A stretch of 64,000 bases of DNA, from the NCBI GenBank assembly GCA_951406725.2, contig OX597818.1, positions 33,232,001 to 33,296,000 of the forward strand, read 5' to 3'. The DNA comes from Octopus vulgaris. Lineage: Eukaryota. How positions within the stretch are numbered: position 1 is the stretch's first letter; each line of letters starts with the position of its first letter. A program made the position numbers and the translations under genes. Below, one piece after another: positions 53,800 to 64,000 of this stretch. The notes under the pieces are model-generated. The model did no database searches and was not told where the DNA came from. It saw only the letters and a program-made list of their open reading frames with translations.

Positions 53800-54480
53800 T
53801 TCAAGTGCTTAGGACCTTCCTGATAATTCTTACTGTCGCTAAGAGACAAACTTTCTGTAGGAGCTCTCCGAGGCATTCTATTTCTGTGTCCCTCAATCAT
53901 TTGTCAATATCGTGGTTCACTGTTCCCAACGCACCAATTATTATAGTTATGACCTCTACTGTTCACATGCTCCAAATTCTTCCTATTTCAAATTTTAAGG
54001 GATTGTATTTTCTTTGTTTTTCTCCCTATGTGTTTACGATCCTGAAATCAAATGCACATGATGGGTCGATAAGGAAATAACTTCGTTTTTCTTGTCTATG
54101 ATTGTAATATCTGGTCTATTATTTTCTAATTTCTTGTCCATTTGAAGAAGAAAGTCCCACAAAATCTTACATTTCTCCGACTCTAGTACTCTTTCGACTT
54201 AATGATTATACCATGTGTTTCCAGCTAAAATCCCCATTTCTGGCACAGTTTCCAGTGTAGAAATTTTACATCTTTGTCTTATCTCCATTTCTGTTATTGT
54301 TCCTGTGCCAACTCGGAGCATTCTTCCACAATGTGTGCCACTGTCTCATTCCAAGTTCCACACGCTCTACATTTTGCTATCACATTCCCTCCATATATAT
54401 TTTTCCCAGGTTGTTTGTTCCTATCAATTGATCTTGAGATATTACAATTAGGCTCTCTATTTCTCTTTTTAATTGTCCAT
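53800..54480 (-). mobile_element. R4/Dong-type retrotransposon 3' fragment, second family
   Basis: CCHC-like CRACGTWNETVAHIVEEC, ILWDF..NRPDI, IIIGALGTV, LQKVCLLATVRIIRKVL*. Confidence 0.8.
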
Positions 54481-54514
54481 TTTTTAACGAAGCCCAGGAT
54501 TTTGTTCCACATGT

Positions 54515-55430
54515 TATTGCTGTTGTTGTTTTTGTTTTACTTTTCAGAGTATTCGATTTTGTTTACTCTGCTAGATTCTGTGAGAGCGGACAGCATCCGG
54601 CTGTCAGAGGTCTCACAGGATCTCTTTCCGGACATTATAAGCTTTGATGCCTGGTTGTTAATTATCGTGGGAGGTATTCAACATCCAAGTACCAATCTTA
54701 AAATCCTAGCTGTCCCCAACAGCGCAATTTTGGTACTTGCTCTCCTCTTATTTCACTTCCGATTTCTCTGACATATTTCTCGAACTTCGTTCTTAGTGCT
54801 CTGAGTGCCCCTATAACTACTGGAATGACAGACACTCTCCCTATAGTCGATATTCTTGCGATTTCGTCCTTTAGTTTTCCGTATGTCTCAATCTTTTCTT
54901 GTTATTTGTCACTCATGCGTGCATCTCCAGGTATTGCAATATCTATAGTGCTAATTTCCTGTTTTCCTTTATCAACCACAACGATATCTATATCTGGTCT
55001 CCGAGCCTCGATTAGGGAGTCACTTTGGATTGGCTCTTTCTGATTCATGTTCGTGCCATTTCTGTGCTCTGTTCAGACTGTAATTTTAACATAGCCGCCA
55101 GTGTACGAACTTAGCCACTTTTTATCGTGCCTCCTTTTATAGTGTTTTGGGGCCAGGATGCGACACTCACTCACAATATGTAAGATTGTTTCGTTTCTGC
55201 TGCCACACAGCCTACAAAGGGACGATTCGCTACACTTATGTGTTTGGAACTTGATGTAATTAATTCTCAGAGCTTGTTCCTGGGTGCTGCATATCAATGC
55301 TTCAGTGCATCCTTTCTGATCACTTTTTCTTAGCCATCTCCAATGGTCGATATTTTCTTTACCTCGGTTTCTCGTAGTAATTGACCATGCAGTAGTTTCA
55401 TTTTCCAATTGTTTACTCTCTCTTGTTTTT
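54515..55430 (-). mobile_element. R4/Dong-type retrotransposon, 5'-truncated, with 3' UTR
   Basis: WKMKLLHGQ..WRWL..TEALICSTQEQALRINY..CRLCGSRNETILHIVSEC..YKRRHD..RRPDI..IDIAIPGD..VIPVVIGAL. The 3' UTR ends in an AAC-rich tail and the 5' end abuts (TAA)n. Confidence 0.85.
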
Positions 55431-55434
55431 TTAA

Positions 55435-55578
<144 letters not shown>

Positions 55579-57785
55579 TTGTAGGGATTGTGATATTTGC
55601 TTAAGTAACTTCTCAAGGCCAGCTGAAAAAATTCAGAACAATGATTTAGTCTCACACGCACATAAACAGGCAGACAGGCACGCACGCACGCACGCACTCA
55701 CACACATAAACATGCAGACAGGCACGCACGCACTCACACATACATGCACATGCACACGCGCACACAAACACGTACGAATGCATTCAGCGATATACATATG
55801 AGGAGACACATATGTTCACTTACGGACATATATATATATATATATATATGTATATACACACACACAGATATATATATATATATGTATGTATATATGTGTA
55901 TTTATGCACACACACATACCACACTCACACACAAAAATATGCATATATATATATATGTGTGTGTATTATGTGCGTACGTACGTATGCATTTATGTATGCA
56001 TACACACGTATTTATAAAAGTGGAGTTATAAGAGGGATGTTTTGTTTGGTTTCATATTGCAGTGTTCAATATATGAGATTTAGTTTCTCTATACTTAGTA
56101 TATTCAGAATAAAAATACCATAAAAATTTATCGTGGTGGCACATCTAGCAAACTATCACATATATAAAGCAGTATGAATGATTCGTTTTGACAGTTAACT
56201 TGGTCATAAAATCTGATGTTATCTTATTCACGAGGGAAATACTTAATGAGCTGTATTTTATCGGTTTGGTCACAAAATATATTTCTGCGTCGGCAATGAT
56301 AATTTTCTTTGAAGAATTTCGACAAACAGAAAGTAATTTTTACACATATTTATTGTTGGCGTGAATTTAAGGGAGAACATATTTTTCTTGTTCTTAACTA
56401 AATTCTTGGAATTATTCAAAAGGTCACCCACTTAACTTTCCGACGGAAGTAACGTCACAAACGATTACTTTAGAAGTTGTCTAAACATGTATATATTTAT
56501 GATAATTCGCATAGGTGGAGCTATGCCTAATGTTCTTGTTCTTGTTGTTGATGGTTAACATCAAAGAAGATCTGATTGAAAGACGTTTTTTTTTTATTAA
56601 AGGGGATCCAACCTTACACATCCTATCCTTTTTAGATATTGCAATTTATAACTACACACACTATTTTCTCCCATTACCTTTTAAAATGTGAAATAATTTC
56701 CTTTAATCTCTTAGAAATATAGAAATGATATGCAAATAATTAAAACGAATACTTGTTATTTGTAGCACTTTTATAAGTAGTTCTAAGCTGCGCCATTTCA
56801 GTGTCGGTTGAACACAAGTAAGCACCCTACTTAGACGAACAATAACCATTAAAATCTAGACAATTGTGAAAGATTTGATTCTTTGCTAATATAACATAAA
56901 TTATCATTGGGCTTGTGATAAGGTTTAAATTCATCTAATTGCAAATCTAAGTTGATATCTAAAAAAATCTAACGTTATTAAGGTTACTTTCTATTGTAAT
57001 CCGTAAGGCCATTTTTTAGAACTAAGTAATCAGATTCTTCTTAAGTTTATCTAACTCAGGGCCATTTAAATTAGTCTTCCCTCTATTATAAAATATATCT
57101 TTACGAAAGGTTTTGAAGGTCTACTGGCCGAATAGGATCTTGAATAGCCAACTACACAGTTAAGCTAACGTGAAACCAATTTTTGTCCATATGTTTATGT
57201 ATGTTTATTTATGTGTGTGTCTGCATGTGTATGAGTATATGTCTGTTCTATGTATGCATGCTATGCATGTGTTGTTACTCTCCATTTCATTTGAATAAAA
57301 ATGATATTCTCCAATAGTTTTCTTTCAATTAAATAAGCGTCCCACCATATTGAGCAAGTCGGGTTTCTCACCACTCACCACATAACATATAATTGCTTGA
57401 TCAATGTTTCTGGATGCAATGAATTGTAAAGGAAATGTCTTGTACTTACATTTTTAATTATTAAGTTGCGTTAGGGCTGAGAGAATCGGTAGCACGCCGG
57501 ACGAAATGCTGAGCGGTATCTCGCCTAGCTTTATATTATTCCGTTCAAATATCGTTGAAGCTGACTTTGCTTTCATTTTTTCGAAGTCGATAGCATAAAT
57601 GAGTTAATAACTGAGATCGATGTAATCTCTTAAAACTTGCTGTCCTTTGCCAAAATTAAAGGAAAAAATTAAGTTGCGTGAAATATATTATAATTACGGT
57701 TCAGCACTCATAGAGATTAGGAAAATGGATTACAATGTTATAAGCTATTACTGTAACACTATTAGTTATATAAAAATAAATGCAC

Positions 57786-58017
57786 CCTAGCTAGGCTCAT
57801 GGGCCCGGTTTCCCGGTTTCAATGGCGTATGTGTTCCCCAGCTGGAAGAGACGCCAGTCCGTTGCGGCGTTACTCATTTTTGCCAGCTGAGTGGACTGAA
57901 GCAACGTGAAATGAAGTGTTTTGCTCAAGAACACAACGCGTCGCCCGGTCAAGGAATCGAAACGACAATCTTACGATCATGATGCTGACGCCCTAACCAC
58001 TAAGCCACGCACCTTCA
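57786..58017 (-). mobile_element. SINE family C
   Basis: Reverse complement of 15264-15495. Confidence 0.85.
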
Positions 58018-58523
58018 CACACAATTAGTTATCTAAACTTAAGTATGAAGGAAAGACAGACAGAGACAGCCCGAGAAAGAGCAATACCTACATATAAATG
58101 CTGCGATACAAATATACCTTGCTTATCACTTATAACTATGCATTCGCATATTCACTTTCTGTCCTTCTTTATTTCTTTCTCTTTCGATACATCCCTCCAG
58201 AGATATCCTGGCAGCTTGATTAACGTGGATATTGCATTAATATATGTATGTAACTTTTTGTCTTTTTAATCGTCGCCTTAGAGTGCGGAACACCGCCTTG
58301 GTGAATTTTATTCGAAGGAATCGATCACTGTTTTGTTTAAGTTTGGGTACTTATTCTATAGACCTCATTTGAGGAACTGCTAGATAAGAGGAAAATAAAC
58401 TCAACGACATCAATTGTCAAGCGGTCATAACGGACAAACACAAATAGCGGCACCCTATAAACAAACACGCCCTCACACAGACACACATAAACGTTTATAT
58501 GCATGTGTGTGCTTGTTTCACTC

Positions 58524-58554
<31 letters not shown>

Positions 58555-58931
58555 GTGAAGTTATAGTTTGCAAGTACATTCTAAGCTATCAAGTAAAATA
58601 AACTGTGTTGTTTCGATCTTATTTAAAGACGGAACCGCACATATATTTACATTGTTCATAATCTGTGAAATGTCTACACTTTTACAACTTGTCAAAATGA
58701 AATACTCTTGTGATATTGACTGTAGTATGAACTAAAATTATAATACACATACATACATATAAAGACATACATGCACGCAGATACAGAGTGATATTTCGAA
58801 TTTTTATTTCACTTACAACACTCTTCATGTAAAGTTTCTGTCTTCAAAAAGATTTTGAATTTTTGAACGTGGCGTCCCATAATAGTAATAAATAAATAAA
58901 TATATATATATATATAAATGATAGTCGCCAT

Positions 58932-59365
58932 GATAGATCGGTAGCCACTACATACATTTTTTTCTCTCCTTGTTTCTTTCTGTGCTCCTTTTTGTGGAAA
59001 GCGTAGGCTCGAAACGTAAAAGACTTCTTCAATTCCCGAGCATTATACTTATTTCTTTACTACCAACAAGGGACTAAACACAAAGGGGACAAACAAGGAT
59101 AGACAAACGGATTAAGTCGATTATATCGACCCCAGTGCGTAACTGCTACTTAATTTATCGACCCCGAAAGGATGAAAGGCAAAGTCGACCTCGGCGGAAT
59201 TTGAACTCAGGACATAGCGGCAGACGAAATACGGCTACGCATTTCGCCCGGCGTGCTAACGTTTCTGCCAGCTCACCGCCTTAATTCCCGAGCGTTATAC
59301 TAATACAGCTGTTTGTTTTCTACACCACCTGTCTTCGTCTTTTGTTTTTTTCGTGAATTCTCCCT
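58932..59365 (+). mobile_element. Short HHR-like repeat interrupted by a SINE
   Basis: Same family motif at 58988-59022. SINE insertion at 59050-59282 duplicates AATTCCCGAGC(A/G)TTATACT (59031-59049 and 59283-59301). Confidence 0.7.
59050..59282 (-). mobile_element. SINE family A monomer with 19-bp TSD
   Basis: Full head, core and tail; TSD at 59031-59049 and 59283-59301. Confidence 0.85.
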
Positions 59366-62300
59366 ATATATATATAATGTATGTATGTATGTATGTATGT
59401 ATGTATGTATGTATGTATGTATGTATGTATGTGTGTGTATGTATGTGTGTATGTATGTGTGTAAGTGTGTGTATGTATGTATGTATGTATTGTATGTATG
59501 TATGTATGTATGTATGTATGTATGTATGTATGTATGTATGCATGCATGTATAGTATGTGATAGTCGCTATTCGTATATGATCGTGCTCTGTCTGCTATTT
59601 CTAGCAAATCAAGTGTTCGTACGGAGGGATATTTTCGTCCTCTGTAATTAACGTGTTGTCTAGCAACAGGCAGTATTTCACTCCTCCATCGCTGTTTTTC
59701 TTCTAGTTGTCATTAATCTGTTGAAACCTCTTTCTTTAACTGCTGCTCTTGTTCCACGTATTAACGCTTTTGTACTAAAGCTATTAAGCTCAGGGCGATA
59801 TAATGGTAGTCTTGAAGGTTTAAACCAATCTTGCGCCAACATTATTTACAACAAAATAATGTTCTGTTACGTTGCTTCCATTACTGGTTGTTTTACTTCA
59901 ACGATTGCCCTGTTATTTCTTAACTGTTGTCTGCACTGACAGGGAATTTACCTTGAGTTATTACGTAGAAATTATCAGAATTTGTGTCTCACTGAAATGA
60001 AGAATGCAACATTGAATACTTTCTTTCCAGTACTTGTCTTACTGGAGCGAGTAAATAAGAACAAAATCCTTTTTCCGAAACTGAATTTTCTCGTAATACC
60101 AAAAAAAAATTATAGACCTGAATTTAATGAACTGCATAATCAACTCTGGAAGCTTCGATTAACAAGCTAACGTTGTATATATAACAGATATTAATTTTTA
60201 CTTTGGACAAACGGTTATATTTTCTGAAAGATGGTGTGCCCTAGAATCACATGTATTCGTTTGTACTCGTTTATAACATTCTATCGTTGAAAATCGTTGT
60301 TGCTGCTATTTTTGTTATTGTTGTTGTTGTCGTTGCTGCTGCTGCTGCTGCTGTTTAACACTGGTCAGTCCTGAATAGTTAGACCTAGTCGCAGTGATGT
60401 TCAAACCTTGATCATGCAATCTTTATGTTAAAGATGTGATATGATCGTGCTTTGTCTGCTATTTCTAGCAAATCAAGTGTCCATATATGTACTTACTACG
60501 TTGGGTATTTTTTTTTCATGTTGATGATAACGATGTTGCTGTGTAACCAAGTACAGGCATCTCAGAGAAAGTAATTCCATAATAGTTCAGGGAAGTCTGA
60601 TAAGAGTGATATAACTTTCTACAACGTTAAAGTTGACTAAAAACTATGGGTTTCTACAGTGGTCTTCACATTTGTACACGTACAATGAATATAGTCAATG
60701 GCAGCAATCTCAGTATATGTCTTCTAATCTAATCGGTTAGATGGAGACTATTCGGAGGAAGAAAATTATCCACAAGCCGGAGGCTATGTCCGAATGTTTC
60801 AAATAAAGTGATCTCCGCAAAAAGCACGTAAGGGAACAGGCGGTTCTGGTGACATATCATGTCTACCAACTCAGCAGACCATCGCGGGTTTTGGAGAGAG
60901 AACGCAAAGATCCAGAAAGTGAAGCACATGGCATGCAGTTTCATTTACTTTCTGTCTCACTAGTCCTTCGGCCTGCATTGGTACTATTTTATTGACATCG
61001 AAAAGATGAAAGGCGAATTTGACCTCGGTAGCATTTTGCTCATAGTACAAGTTCAAAACAAATATCGCTTGGCTTTCTACTTTCTAGCTAACATTTAAAT
61101 GACTCCCAACATGAATGTTGACAGATGAAAATAAGAACCATTTAGAGAAGAAATGCAGCGATAGAGCCACAAATTTCCAGTTCGTAAAATAATAATGGTT
61201 TTCTCAGCTGGCACGAAAGCTTTGTATCTTATCGATCAGAAAGATTGGCAGCAGTGATATTCCTACATTTATAAAAGCATTATTGATAAGATTGAAATGA
61301 AGACTTACGCTCTAACTGAGGCTCAGAACGCTTTTAGCGTGATAAATTACATTTGCCTTTGAACGGTCGCCATTGGAATTTCAAAACGACTTTGGAAATT
61401 TTATGTCATTAAAAAATGTTGTGAATTGAATGACGTGAGTAATACTTATAGAGATGAGAAAGTGAATAATGCATATGGTAAATGCTTTATAATACGCTTA
61501 TATCGTTACTGCACAACTTAATCTAGGGGTACCTTGCTATATATTAGCTCTGACTCAATGAGGGATCATCTACATGATTGCCTGAATCAACTTAGTGAAA
61601 ATGACACAACGTTTCATTCAAATTACACCTCCTTCTTGAAAAGAAAAGGACACACTAAATAGTGTAATCTTAAATGCGTTTAAAATGACATGACCATCAC
61701 AGCTGGAATGTCATTGATTGTATACATACTTAACCAGAACTAACAAAAGGATAAACAACAATACTAACATCCTCATAGTATCTGGTTTGTTCTTAGAATT
61801 GCTATAAATAATCTATATTTCAATGAAAGAAAGTAAATTGTAATGTTAATGAGGATTCATCCTCTATCTTAACGACGCTGCCTGTGAAATTGAAATGAAA
61901 TTGGTTCTAGACAATGCAACAATGTATTAGTTTCTTGTAGTGAAACAAAACACCTGCAGTATTAAAGTAACACTTTATTTAAATGTTGTGTCTCAACTAA
62001 ACCTCCAAATGAGTTCTTGTTAAATTTTATTCTAAGTCACTGCTATAACTAAATGCTTTTTATTATTTATTATCATTTTTAAGCAGACCAGCTTGTAGAA
62101 TCGTGAGTACGCCGGACCAAATGCTTCGCGATATTTTGGCTGTCTTTACGTTCTTGGTTCAGATTGCACCGAGGCCGACTTTGTCTTTCGCCCTTTCGGT
62201 GTTGATAAAATAAGCTAGTAGTTGAGCGAAACTTCCGGTCTTGTATCAAAAATTAAAGCCATTATTTATTATCATTGTTTGAACAACTAACACTCTGTAT

Positions 62301-63885
62301 TTTACGTGTCGCGATAGACAGAGCGTATTGTGAAATTCATGTAACTTGTAATGGTTTTAACAGCACATGAAAACGGAATGAAATCGGACGAGAAATTTAA
62401 TTATTAGTTCTATCTTTTAAATTAATTTTCTTTAATGACATTGATGGTGAAAAAATGCCTATAACATTTCTCAGGGTTTCGAAAGCAAAGCAGGAAACGT
62501 GATTCTCAGAGGGAAGAATGGCTCCAATGCTTACAACCCAAGTGATTAATTTTATCAGATAGAGAAGTACTGAGTAAATCTGATTAACGGATTAATTCGA
62601 CTCCTCAAAATCAGTCTGATCGAGTTGCTTTTTGAGAAGCTGTGTCCACTCGCGAAAAATTCGTGTTCCAAAGATTATCTAAATCTATGCTATTCACAAT
62701 GCACTTTTCATTTTTATGAGGGTAGAGAGTGAACGTAAAGGAAGATTTGGTTCAAAGCATTTGGATGATCATAGAAGCTTACAGCTTGGTTTTTAATAAT
62801 CTCAACTAAGTGCATATGGAAATAAACAATCAAAATCAAAATATTTCATTAACATGAATATATGAATGAATGATTCTATACATCTTTTCCTTGTATTTCA
62901 TGGTGAGCTGGATTTATGGTTTTTGTTTCAATGAAATCCCATTTATAAACTTGCTTGGCTTCAGTTTGAAGGTCTGCAACACTAGTACTCAGTAAAAAGT
63001 GGGAAAAGCACATATGATATTCACCTACCATGGGAGGAAAATAAGAATTGCAGTCGAGTGTACACTGTACTTAGTATTATAAGAGTAACTGAAAATAGTC
63101 CACAGCTTTTTCCGCTGATGTTTCCAGATAACGTTGATATTGTTTAGCCGATCGAACGGCCATACGATCAAAGGAATTCCAGCATTTCATTCCGTCATTC
63201 ATTTCATCCTTTCAACTATTTAGTGTAGACTCTTCAGGATACACTATCCTGTATATCCTTTATTCACATTAAAAACTCTAGAGTGTAATTTGTGGGAGAT
63301 TTGGCTGTTATTACTAGCAGGACAAAGTTGAGATCCTTTCCTTTGATTTTACTATACAACGTTAACGTTACTCGTGTCTGTTATTTTGCAGCTTAATTCA
63401 GTAAGCCACATGCAATTCAATAATCATTGAATTACGGAAATGAGAACTAGTAAAACGTGTAACACTTCGTATTTATTGCAATAAACTCTATATAACATAT
63501 GCAGGTATCATAATATTTAAGAAATCCTGAGAATATTTTTGCTATTGTTACTATTTTCAGTCTTGAAAATATTGTTCTTCTCTTCAGCTATATGTATGTA
63601 TATATGTATGTATCTATGTGTGTGGGGTGTGTGTATGTTTGTATATATGTATGTATGCTATATATATATATATATATACATAGAAGATATATATAAATAG
63701 ATGAGTGTATTTTTCCTTTGTTAACAATTAATCGATAAATAGTAACCAGGGTAGCAAAAAATCACACTAGTAAAGATGTTGTAACTCCTTGTTTTTAAAG
63801 GTAGAAACTTCGGGTTTACGTGGAACTTTTTGTATAATATATTAATAAATAAATGGAGTTTAACGCAGGTATAATTTCAAACTCC

Positions 63886-63974
<89 letters not shown>

Positions 63975-64000
63975 CCTCTCTATTTGTTTTTCTATCAACA

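Overview
AT-rich, repeat-dense eukaryotic non-coding DNA. The SINE and microsatellite content looks like an octopus/cephalopod genome (inference). I found no convincing host protein-coding gene; most ORFs in the track are microsatellite translations. Recognisable mobile DNA: a near-intact DD34D mariner (40111-41382), a decayed mariner carrying a nested Helentron-type insert, RTE and R4/Dong-type LINE fragments, a Chapaev3-like transposase relic, a hAT-type MITE and at least three SINE families. The main result is a set of type I hammerhead ribozyme (HHR) elements sitting in (TA)n microsatellites. One is a 5.26-copy array of apparently identical 485-bp units, each with a complete HHR (34083-36631). 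Another is an unrelated 560-bp HHR unit arranged as a large head-to-head palindrome (9996-11573). Several dispersed minimal HHRs also occur. The two arrays share a short motif at the same 41-nt offset from their RNA-sense 3' junctions. This suggests a retrozyme/Penelope-like circular-RNA system that targets TA repeats (inference, untested).
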